DNA from: Tubulanus polymorphus
Lineage: Eukaryota; Animalia; Nemertea
Reading direction: 5' to 3'
NCBI RefSeq assembly: GCF_964204645.1
Contig: NC_134031.1
Location: forward strand, 17,099,807 to 17,163,806
Length of the DNA: 64,000 nt
Shown: positions 13,401-24,510 of the stretch, one piece after another
How positions within the stretch are numbered: position 1 is the first letter of the stretch
How the letters are laid out: every line of letters starts with the position of its first letter
Made by a program: the position numbers and the translations under genes
Notes under the pieces: generated by a model
The model's database searches: none
What the model was told of the DNA's origin: nothing
Seen by the model: only the letters and a program-made list of their open reading frames with translations

Positions 13401-16263
13401 TGTTCAGGTGCACGCCTTATCGGCTTCTGTCCGACAACTAGAAATGGAACGAAATGAAGTCCTGAATCAGTGTCGAGAGGAGACACGAATTCGACAAAGT
13501 TTGCAAGAAGAAATCATTCGACTTCAAAAGGAAAATGAGTTGCAAGGTACAGAATACTCGGCGTATGATAATGGATTAGATGATAATGTTAATTGAACCT
13601 AACATCTATATGAAATACCTACAAAGAAAGCTTAACCTAGTTTAATTGAAAGCTGTGATGAACAAATGGGTTTAGAGATTGATTTTTGACGAGGTTTGAT
13701 TGGACTAGGTAACTAATTCTGTATGGGGCAGAGTAGGAGAAGGCTCTATGCCAGGCTGAGACCGGATTAATACAGGGGATAACTAGCAGGCATTGATTGC
13801 ATGATCTTAAAACTAGTGGATGTTTCATATCGCACAGTTGACTAAATATTGAGATACAAGGCTCTTGAGGGATTTAGGGTTGAAATGTCGTAAAATAAGA
13901 AGCTGTTAACCAGAAGCTATGGGAAAGATTTACTTGGACCCGGTTCCGTAGTTGTGGTAGTCAGATTTAGTTAATTTTCAAAAGCCTTGGAACTACGCTA
14001 CCGGTACGGCAGTAGTGAAACGATTCATCGTTGAAATTGTTTTGCTTTTTTACGCAGCGCCGTCGATGTTGAACGGAACGTACGTCACGAAGGAACAGTT
14101 CGACGCGATGCAGGCGGCGATGAAGATGCTCGAGGACAAGTACACGTCGGTGATGCGCGATAAAGCCGATCTCGACGATCAACGCGATCAGTACGAACAC
14201 ATCATACTACAATTACAAACTGAAACCGATACGATCGGTGAGTAAACGAAAATACGCCGGTCAGCTCGATGTGAAAAATTGCGAGAAACGGATGTCTGCT
14301 TAAAGAATTGTGGAAACTTTTGAAAAATCGGTTAAAAATCATGAAAATTAGTGAACAATTCAACAGCTGTCACTTGTCAAGATGTTTTTATCCCCTTTTC
14401 ACGCCATATCCCGCGGAGATCATAATTTATACACAAGATATGTTAATTTTTAAGAAGCTTTAGCTTCTTTTTCATCCCTTAACCATCTGAGCGCCACTTT
14501 GATAATTGATGAGCACGTTCGAGGTTTCTTTTGGGTATTGAGGAAAAACTTATTGATATTTAATTTCTAGGCGATTACATCTCGTTGTACCATCAGCAGA
14601 GAGGGGTTCTACAGCATCGAGAACAAGAGAAAGAGGAATACATTGTTCGTTTGACTCGTGAACGTGAGGATATGCAGGTAACTAAACAGAGTTGGGGATC
14701 TATCATCATTTGGCAGGATTTAGGAAGCAGGTTTGTGCGTGGATATCCACTGCGGGCTTGCTAGTAGCTGATGAGGACGGGCTATTCGAGATAGGCAGTT
14801 CTGTCTGTAGTGGCTACACGGCTGAATGTTATGGGCCCCTACTCTAACATTGGGATTTTCCTTTAGGCAGGATATTTGCAAAGTAAAAAGGTTTTTAGGC
14901 TTCCATTCGAACCTGATGGCATCAATACTCTGCTGGGGCACGAAACCCTGTGCATGTACCTGCGCACTCGCGCTTATTACGCATGGCTGTGATGCCATCA
15001 GGTTCAAATCCCTCCCGATGGAGGATGGCGGAATCTTTATGAAAGCTTAATTATGCATTTGTCTGCCACGACATACTATTGCAACTCGTTTCATAGAATT
15101 TGTAAACCATTTTGGATGATTTCAGAGTAAACTCGGTGAACTTCAAGCGCTTGTGATGAAACTGCTGCAAGAACGCAATCAGTTGAATTCGTCGTATAAC
15201 AACGGCGGCGCCATTCTGGACAACCAAACTCTGTCGTTATCGGCTGTTGCAAACCACGATAACATCGCGAATAATATTCACGATAAATCATTCGGAAAAA
15301 CATTAGACAGCTCGCAACTTGACGGTAAATATCTTGATCAATAGTTCATAGAGTGCATTTCGCATTTGTCACAGTCTTTCCAATGATCTTCAATACATTT
15401 TGTAACTCACATGATTCTATTTCAGTTGAACTTCTAGTGTCTTCTTCAAAATCCACGAATAGCTATTGCGTTATATTCTAACAGGTTCATTTCACTCTTC
15501 AAACCAAACTACATTTCCATCATTTCAATTTATCCAATCCAGTGCCTCTTACTGATGTAGGCTACGCATGCATCTATCTCCACTCCATCCTAATTTTTTC
15601 ATCCAGTTTAGTAGATTAGATTTTTGGATTCTTCTGTATCTTGTCTTCTAGAATCATTAGGACTTTTCTTTCATAAGTAGAGTTGCCGGAATCTTTTTTC
15701 TCTGGTTTTAAGTTTTTATCACTTTTTACGAAAGTTTAACATAGTTTTCAGGTTTTTCAACTTAGTTTTTAACTGAAAATTTAGCAAATGGGCGACTTAA
15801 GATTTTGTCAGGACTGTTAGAATTGTTTTCCAGATACATGCAGAAAGCTTTCCCTTGAAACGGTTAGTTGCTTACCGGTAGTCATGATTTCAACTCGTGA
15901 ATAATTTTATTTCCAGATTGGCCGGATTATACGAGTTCAGGAACGGGTTCGGATAGCGATGTGAGCGAGGTTGAGGCGATCATCGCGACGCGCGGCGAAC
16001 CGATCTCCGTCGGTACGAACATCGAAACGGATTCCGCAGATCATCATCGCCATCATCCTTCTCAACATCATCATCATCATCATCACCAGGAGCAACTAAC
16101 GAAAAATACCGTAACGACTACGACCATTCCGCAAGACAACACCGCTTCGAAAATCATGCATTTAATTACGGAAATCGGGAACAAGACAAACTCTTCACTA
16201 GAGTTGGAATCGAGTCATATTGTACCTTGTAAATGCTGCCATGGACGTCTTCAAGTTGTGTAA
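4459..16263 (+). CDS. GOLGA2: Golgin subfamily A member 2 (GM130), multi-exon, complete copy
   Basis: Exon 1 (4459-4506) is MADVAREEKLAAARKK, matching the GM130 N-terminal KLAAAKKK motif. GT-AG exons follow at 5662-5769, 6225-6295, 6718-7035, 7185-7317, 7935-8015, 8105-8206, 8452-8546 and onward. Hallmark motifs: LKEQLQVHIQTIGILVAEKSELQ, LSRAMTQNKELKTQLAELQNGF, QLQTETDTIGDYISLY. The protein is coiled-coil throughout and ends PCKCCHGRLQVV*. Confidence 0.95.
4803..5152. mobile_element. Inverted-repeat-bounded element in GOLGA2 intron 1 containing a tRNA-like segment
   Basis: GTGGCTACTCGTACGG (4803-4818) is the reverse complement of CCGTACGAGTAGCCAC (5137-5152). The minus strand of 4939-5013 has Pol III A-box (GGTGGTCTAGTGG) and B-box (GGTTCGAGTC) motifs. 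Confidence 0.6.
5802..5958. mobile_element. MITE in GOLGA2 intron 2 (PIF/Harbinger-like ends); also present near 32218-32374
   Basis: Imperfect terminal inverted repeats CCCAATGCAGGCGACGCGGGGA ... TCCCTGCGTCGTCGCGTGCATTGGG, flanked by TAA/TTA. Confidence 0.55.
9629..9872. repeat. Intronic foldback repeat; also present near 36065-36308
   Basis: TCCTCGCTTGCCAGGGTTTGATTGCCT (~9642-9668) pairs with AGGCAATCAAACCCTGTCAAGCAAGGA (~9828-9854), 2 mismatches. Outer CCCGGTC/GACTGGG also pair. Confidence 0.6.
10650..10966. mobile_element. 317-bp MITE, 12-bp terminal inverted repeat, 6-bp target duplication; present only in copy 1
   Basis: TAATAG|CAGAGATGCTAG ... CTAGCATCTCTG|TAATAG. Copy 2 has a single TAATAG at 37082-37087 (empty site). 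Confidence 0.93.
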
Positions 16264-16288
16264 CGACACAACATCTCAATTGTAGATA

Positions 16289-16324
16289 TTATATATATAT
16301 ATATATATAGATATAGATATATAT
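16289..16324. repeat. (TA)n microsatellite in GOLGA2 3' UTR; shorter in copy 2 (~42424-42453)
   Basis: Directly visible just after the stop codon. Confidence 0.85.
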
Positions 16325-19300
16325 TTGGGTTATTTATTTATGGCGGTTTCGAGGACATTAATACATACCTCCAGCATTGATTGCTGCTTGAAAATTAGCG
16401 TTTGTTTTCGTGCCTTCGGGTGATTCTCCGATAATAAGGTACCGGCATCGCTTTACTGTGGCAAGCATGGATCCGCCAGGTTCGTTAGTGGTTAGCAGAT
16501 TACCGCGCTTCAATTTATTCTACATTGCAGTTACTTTTCTTATTGGTAAATCATTTTTCAGTGAAATCAATACCACACGCTGTGAGTGAGAAGGTGACCT
16601 CTATTCGATGACTTGTTTGATGATATTACGATTTAGGTGCCTAAAATTTCAACTCAATTTTCACTATGAATAACCCGGTATATTGTTTGACTATTGTTAC
16701 GCGTTGAATTAGTTCGAATTCATTGCAGGAAAATGTTTAGAAACGTTTTGATTCTGTGATACACCGGCAAATGACAGTATACGCTACAATGCAAACCAAT
16801 TAAAAATACACTTATTTTGTTTCATTCATTGCTGAATTTTTCAGTTCTGCTGTGGTTTGAAAGTATCATCGAAATTACGTAATTTTTAGAAAAACTAATG
16901 CTGTAGATTTATGAGTGGAAACTTTAGTTTAACGATGTTTATCGCGCAGACTACTGGCTTTTGAAATGAAAAAAAGTCTCGGCCTGGATCTGTGAATCCC
17001 AATTTCAATAAATGTCAGTAGATATAACCGAGATACTCTGCATCGATAAAACTATATGTGAAGCTTCCACTCACTAAAATTCATCGTATAATTTTCACTT
17101 TCCTTTTGGTTTGATTTTTTGTGATGCATGAATCTATTTTGTGCTTGTATATGATCTGTGTACAGTACTCGGAAGGGATCAATGGTGCTTTTCTAAAGCC
17201 GGTAGTTTTAGAATGATGTGCACCCATTTTGCGAGGTTTTTTTTTCTGAATGACCTAATACTGTAATATGCGCTGACATCAGGTTTCATTCGACATTGAC
17301 CGCATTATCGAAAGGGCTTTTTATTTGCATTTCGAGGAAATCCTATACACTATAAACTGTCTAGGCGGTTCAATTGAAAAGTCTATATTACCAATGTGTG
17401 CATTGTCGACACTAGGAAGTCGCATTGCCAGTTTTAGCTGTTGGTAACAGCTTGTTCATTAAACCTCCTGATATGAAAATCGTCATAAAACTTTGAATGA
17501 AAACAAAGTATTATGAAAATGACTGACGTATATATCATCAGATTTTTGGAAAACGCAATCCTCATTGAAACATTATTCTACTACCGCATTCTAAGCCTGT
17601 AATTATATAGGGTGTAAATGTTATCAAACTGTGATAGAAGAATCGAAATGAAGGACCTTTGAATAACAGATAAATAGACTCTGCTCGCTTCAGCCAGTTT
17701 ATTCCCTAAATTGTTTGCTAAAATAAAAGCGGAGTCTACTGTGTAAAAGCTGATTTATCCTTCTCCGAGATCTTTTCATCGGGGAAATTGTTCAATCCTT
17801 TCCTGATTATTATTATTATTATTAATATTAGTATGTTATTAGTTTATAAGTTATCTTTTTTGTACGTGCTGTGCTTATTCCGTAGAATGAGGACACCTCG
17901 ACGCGTGGTGTCACCAGAATTTCTACCCTTCGATCGGTTTGACTTCGAAACTATCGAAAACACGCGATTCTAGTGACGTCACGCGTCAACGTATCGATAT
18001 CCGATTATCGGTGTCCGGAGGAAGGAATCGATCGAAATTTAATGTTGTTAACCGATGTTACGTTTATTGTAAATACATAAGAACAAAATGATTTAATATA
18101 TGATTATATACCGGTATACGAAATGTACATACACATTCATCATTCTAGTCGCCTGCTTTGTACAGAAATTTGCTAATTTTTTTTTTTTTCGTCAAATTAC
18201 GCCGGTTGCAGTGTTCTCGGTAAAGTTTGGCCCTCGAAAAGAGTTAAGATTAGTTCAGTTCAAATGTTTAACACTCGAAGAGTGAAATGTTTACCGAGAA
18301 CCGTCCGACTGTGTCCAGCGGTATAAGGAAGTCTTGTATCGTTGAAATGTATGTCTGCAGAAATTATTTGTCCGCGCGTTTTGAAGTTGTCGGGGAGGTG
18401 TTAGGATATTTCTGGTGAAATGAAAAATAAAATACATTAACTCAATAATCTGACTGCGGGGTTTGTGTATGGTGATTTCCATCTTAACCATTTATTTGTT
18501 TGTTTCTAATAAAACACTGCTACGAAGTAGTAGTTTTTTGAGGTTTGATGTATTCTAGACAAATTACCCCCCATTTAATGCCGTAATCGCTCTAATTAGT
18601 AGTCGAATAAAACGCTCGAATCCGTGTAAAATGTAGATAAATGAAGAAGTCCCACGACTCGAATTTTATCATTCAAAATTCTATGGCGGGGACTTCTTTA
18701 TTTAATTACTTTAATGATTCGTACGAAAATTAGACGTGAATTTTCATCATCATATGTTCGATTTTCTTTTTCATCGGGCTTTTGATCTATATTTATGGGG
18801 CTGCGCTTTGAAAGCGCTATCTAACTTAATGGGAGTTTCTTTGTTGCCAAAAAACCAACACATTCATTGTCACTAATATTCATGTGTACAGGATAGTCTC
18901 GATCTATTCATACATACATTGTAAATTACGTTTCTGCTGTGTGGTGATCATCAAAAATAATCAAAAACACTCTTTGAATCTATATTTTTGTAATCGCTCG
19001 TAAATTTATTCAACTGTTTTTTCGCTGCCAAGTTAAAAGAATAAATGGATCAGCATTCAGATTTATTCTTAGTTATCCAGTACGATTAGTCGATTGTACG
19101 TTGAACATTGTATTTAAGGTATTGTGTATCAGATGAAGGGAGTATATTCAAATTGATTTGCCTCATAATAAATGAATTAGGTACAACATGAAAATTCGTT
19201 TCTTATTTCACTCATGAGTGGATTGAAAATCTGAATTGAGGACTGAGGAGTTTTTGATGGCCCAGTATGCCGGATTTGAGAGCTGCGACCAGTTTCATAA

Positions 19301-19587
19301 TGAATGTGAAACTTTTGATGAGCGGATGCAACAGTAATGTGTGCGGTCGAGTCTCGTGATGCCATCGGGTTCGAATCCCTGCCGATGAAATTTCAGCGGG
19401 AGTGTTGAATAACGTCATCATAATATTAAAGGTTTACCTTCACCCGAATCTACGAGCAATCATCTCAAATGATTGCTCGTAGTGGCATCAATGAAATCTT
19501 TCACTTTATTGTGATCGGATTTAATTGTTAATTATCCACTGATCAGGAATGTCAAAGAAATCACCTTTATCTAAGAACTATCGTTTA

Positions 19588-20283
19588 TCAAATTTCTTGT
19601 TGAGTAAGGAATATATGATCTGATCGTTCACTATCCGGAATTGCGGCTGATGTAAATCGCTCTTCTGGTTTCGCGATAGCAGCGGACGACGACGAAGTAC
19701 GTAGCGGCCGCATGCTCACTTTCATCGGCGGTAAAATCAATTGCGCCGAATGTTGCCGCACGAACCGGCGTTCGTCTGCTGTATCACCATCCTTCCTGAG
19801 ACTGCTTCCGAATATTTGCGAGTCGGTCATCGTACGATCGATGACTTCTAATTGTTTACGTTTGTTCAGTAATTCCCGTACGAACTTCCTCCGCCTAACC
19901 TCGGGTGACATGTCCCGAATTTCCGCGTGGATCAACGGATAAACGTCATAGTAGGTCGAGTTCGGGCCGTAACGGCCCAAATTACCCGTATTCGTTGGGT
20001 CGGCGGCGAAATGTTTGGCCACCCCGCGCAGAACGTTTTTGTAAGCGATATGATCGCGCATGTTCTCGCGTAAATGACCGGCAAGACCTGCGGATTTTTG
20101 CCGATAGAATTTCTCCTCTTGTTTTATGTGATACTTCCTCACGTCTAAGTGTTGTTGTTCGTTTTTGTTGAGAGCCACGACTTTATTACTTCTGGCGTTA
20201 CATTGTCGTTTAATCGACTCGATTTTCGATTCGTAATGATACGATCGATTGTAGTGGTCGAAAATCAGTTTACGACCCGGCAT
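19588..20283 (-). CDS. Uncharacterised basic protein, single coding exon, ~231 aa (probable start MPGRKLIFDHY)
   Basis: Long ORF intact in both copies. By eye there are 6 synonymous and 2 non-synonymous differences between copies, consistent with a real coding gene. No family recognised. Confidence 0.75.
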   Translation of the reverse strand: MPGRKLIFDHYNRSYHYESKIESIKRQCNARSNKVVALNKNEQQHLDVRKYHIKQEEKFYRQKSAGLAGHLRENMRDHIAYKNVLRGVAKHFAADPTNTGNLGRYGPNSTYYDVYPLIHAEIRDMSPEVRRRKFVRELLNKRKQLEVIDRTMTDSQIFGSSLRKDGDTADERRFVRQHSAQLILPPMKVSMRPLRTSSSSAAIAKPEERFTSAAIPDSERSDHIFLTQQEI

Positions 20284-21785
20284 CGTCGTGCAGATGATAA
20301 TCCACAAGAGTTGAACTAGAATCGAATTTGGCACCCCTTTAACGGTAAACCCACGTACACTAATCCAAAAGATAGACAAGTACCCTTTTGGGGGAATCCT
20401 TCCACACTAATGTCACCGAAAAAGGAAACTATCTCATCACTGTGCAGGGGCTTTCCATTAAATGCACACACATGTATATACGCATAGCTTTTCATTTTCC
20501 TTCTCAAATTATACTTACGCGCTATTCATCATTTGGTGTTGACAAAAGATCGACGCCGAAAAAAGCGCTAATTTCCCATTCCTGCACATTAGAGTGCGGA
20601 TGGCTATACAATTATGTCAGCGATATTGACTAGACGGTCCCACGGGTGTCGTAAAATATTTAATAATAAGCTGTCAGCTATTGAAAATTCATGGGAATCC
20701 GAAATATATCATAGACAAAACAATGTTTATACAAGCTCGGAACTTTACCTGACGACGCGGACGCGAAACAATCAACGATATCTCATGATATCAACGCAAG
20801 AATATCATATTCAATTCTCCGTTGCCTTCTCGATCCTCGCTTTAACTATGATCGCTGAATTTACCCAAAATAGTAATGAAACCAAACGCGGAAACTTTTG
20901 CAACTTCCCAATTCAGGCGAGATTCAATATTTTGATGATGTCTCTATTAATCCTTGTAATGGCTGTAGTAAATGCCAATAAGGTAAACATAGCGAAGCTC
21001 GGCAACTACACGGCAATTTCCATACCATTACATTAAAAATTACTTTTAATGAGAAAAAATTGCAGCTTCTTTCTACCAATGGAAACCGCCTCTTGTATAC
21101 CGGTACTTAACGAACTTAGCAAATATATTCAGGTTTCAAATGACTGTTTACTTAAGTTGTTTAAAAATACTCTCCAATGTTCTGGGGTGTTTCACCGGGT
21201 AGTGATTACGCATAGAGGGACCTACTCGGTTTGTCGCATCTGTCAATCACTTGCGATAGAGCTTTTGAAGAAAACGTCATACAATTGAAAAGAAAAACAA
21301 CTGGATATCTTGACCGGAGTCGTCAGGCGACAAATTATATATCCTACGGGCAAACTAGGTAAAAATTCACGGGAAACTAAACCCTGGGTTTATATAAAGT
21401 AGCGTCTTTCGTACGTCAAATAAAGGTCAGATATGAAATGGAATCGCCAGATGTTTTGTTTTACTGTCGTTGATTATTCTTTCAGAGATATTTTTTCTTA
21501 CTGTCCACGAAACTCGGATCAGGTTAACAAGTATTTCACGCATGCACTTTGCTTACTTGTCCCTCTTTCATTACCTCAACGTCTATCATTTTTCGAAGAA
21601 AAGTCCTTTCATTCTTGCCCCCCCCCCCCGCCAAAAAAAAATAAGTCCATTAGAATTAGAATATGGCTTCATAGCAACTGAATCAGTGAATGAGTATTGA
21701 AACAGAGAAATGAATATTGCTCGATGCAGGACCGCGACCTGTGGAGGACTGGCCTGTCTACGTCACGTATTAGTTGCATAGATAC

Positions 21786-21798
21786 GTGACCTAGCAAC
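21786..21798. promoter_or_regulatory. Candidate RFX X-box GTGACCTAGCAAC; second weaker site GGCTTCATAGCAAC at 21665-21678
   Basis: Resembles the GTNNCC-N(0-3)-RGCAAC X-box consensus, lies ~100 bp upstream of the ATG at 21900, and is present in both copies. Confidence 0.35.
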
Positions 21799-21899
21799 GT
21801 CTTCTTTGAGGAAAAACGCCCTGAGCCCAACTTCACCGTTTTCACACTAAATTGACGTAGAAGTAATAAATTCGGTATCATAATTTAAAAAAGTGTGTT

Positions 21900-22964
21900 A
21901 TGGATTGGAATTGGGGACAGAACTCCACCTGTGGCCGACCTCCAAGTCGCCAACTTCCCAGCACAGCGAGTGAGTATATACGCGACGAAGAATCTGAAAC
22001 GAAATTTGACCGAAAATAATTTAAAAAAAAATCAATGATCAATTCTTAATGAACAACTTATTGAATGTTACTGATAATGTTTAATGAAGGTTTTCGTCAC
22101 TTTCTTCGACGATGGCAGAAGCATCAACGCGTTCATGGTTTCGAATCGTTGTTGATGTTTATCAGAGAAATCTAATCGTCTTTTCATGATTTTCAATGAA
22201 ATCAAACAAAATATAATTAGACTAGTTGATGATACTGATGATACAAATATTGATATAAATCTTAGGTCAATACGTATTATCATCAGTCTTAATCATTGAT
22301 AAGAGCGGGCTACATCCGTATCGTTAAAGAAAAGTAAAATATTACCGCAATTCAAATTCATTTGCAAAATGATTTTCGATAATTTACAGAGAAAAATAAG
22401 AGTAAAGAAAATATTGACTGCAGTTCATTCACATTGACTTCGAAATTGAAACAACAAGAACCACTTTATATGCGATCAGTAGCAGGCTACAAAAACGCCA
22501 TTTTCAAAGATCCCGCCTGGAAACAATCAAAACTATTCCCGGGTATCGGTAACGGCAAGCGCAGAAGCCTCACGACTATATCGCCAACTGGTATGTATCA
22601 AATTACAAACAATATCAGCTCACGCGTAATAGATAATGCAACGACTGTATGACATATTAATATTACAGATTGCACTGGAGACATTAGACTGCCGCAAATT
22701 GATGCACGAATGAAGAAAAAGCAATCGAACAATGACTTGAACTGGGGTAGAAAATCTCGTGTGAACGTCTCACCAATTTATGACGACGACGAAGTGATTG
22801 CCCGACCAATCACTCCACCAAAACCAGTCGCTAAACCTTCCGCTTTGATTCCGCTGATCTTCGATAAGAGCTACACCGAGGCTATGAAAGAAAATGCGAA
22901 GAAAGATAAGGAAAAGAAGAATGGCCGCCGCAAGAAATCGAAGGCCAAGCGCGGAGTCACCTAA
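21900..22964 (+). CDS. Uncharacterised Lys-rich protein, 3 coding exons (21900-21969, 22390-22590, 22669-22964), ~188 aa
   Basis: GT-AG introns with matching phases join MDWNWGQNSTCGRPPSRQLPSTA-KKNKSKENIDC...SLTTISPT-DCTGDIRLPQIDARMKKK...KAKRGVT*. Intact in both copies. Confidence 0.65.
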
Positions 22965-24510
22965 ATCGCAGTAAATTTTCCAAACTTTCATTTTCACCTA
23001 TGAATGAAGATACACGAACATTCCGCACAAAAATAATGAAAAATCATACTTTTATTTACAGCAAACCATCGAAACAAACCAACAAGTCAACGCATTTTTT
23101 AGCATTTACCATATCAGATTATAATCATTGAAATCTTACGAAATTATCTGCATCGAACTGACATCAAATTGGATCGGCTACCTTAGATTTGCCGAGATAG
23201 GGAAACCTAAAAACGAGAAAGAAGAACAGCGAATTGGCGATAGAGGGAAACGAAAGGACAATCATTGCTAAAGATGTGTCGATATGAAAATTGTATTCCC
23301 GGACTAGCCTTGTGTAGCGAAGGAATGATCTTCCATTCGCGGAATGATTAGATATTTCCAGCTTGATTTACAAATCTGGACTCCAAACCCACGAGGGCCT
23401 GCGTGAGTTGAGCAATAAGATTGTAATGATTGCTGGATGATTTTGTGCAGTATGACTACGAGTTGAGACTGAAAGAGCGGCGGGAGCGTGAAAGCGAACG
23501 GAAATGTCAACCTGTTAAATGGATGTGAATTCTCTCTTTGGACTCGTTATTTGAGCGGAGGGAAACAAGTTTGGAATGTAACCAGTTTCTGTAGAGTCGA
23601 ATTGGGGCCTCAATTCGATTTTCTACTGTGGAACTGAGGGATGGTATATCTTATATGTCAGTTTGTTTTAGGGTTTTTGATGACGTGAATGTTCTGTTCG
23701 TAGTGACCCCGGTCTGTAAAAATTAACTGTTAGAATGTGTAAAAACAACGACAAATGCTTTAATTCAGAATCGAGTGTATGAATGTGGATTCTGGGCACT
23801 GTCCAGCAGGATCTGAGTGTACGAAAGTGGATCCTTGAAATGTAACATGGAATATTTGATATTATTTAACGGTTTTTAGGAGTGTTATATCTCGTGCTGT
23901 TGATTTTACGGTGTTTTGTTAATAATTCACGACGATCTAATTTTTTTTCGCTCTTTCCAAATTTATACGTGAATGTTTATTCGTCATCTTTCATTTTCAA
24001 ATATATAATCTTTTAAATGCGTTATGTAATGAATATTTTTGTTTGAGTTCGTGTGTTTTGAGAAAATTGTTTAAGTAAAATATACGAAAAACTTTTATGG
24101 CGAATGACTACAGCAAATGGGATTTACGTACAAACTATGTTTACTTGTTGGTAAACAGTATTACATTCGTTGTTTTACCCTATACCCATTATGTTTGTTT
24201 GTTTCTGTTGGAGAACTCATCTGAATTCTTGCCTGTCTCTACCCTGCTGCGTTCCCCTCTCGACTCCATCGTTCTCTATTTACCCGGTTAAAAATGATTA
24301 CTGCCGTTAATGGAGATGGTGTCAAACATTACAAAAAATCTATTTGCCCTATTCCAAGCATAGGATATTCAAATAATGTAGTGTATCCCAAATATTGGTT
24401 TTGTGAGACGAATGATTACTGTTCATGTGTCCACCGTCCTTGGAAGATCCTGCAGGTGACTGTTTAGTTGTCCTCAGCAGCGGACGCCAGATCAAAACGA
24501 CACAATCATC

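Noticed and set aside
20614-21036. 140-aa ORF (also 46793-47215)
   Set aside because: No recognisable motif, and composition like non-coding DNA. Conservation between copies is explained by the recent duplication.
23304-23510. 68-aa minus-strand ORF after a splice-acceptor-like site
   Set aside because: The stop position differs in copy 2 and there is no protein-like signal. At most a non-coding exon.
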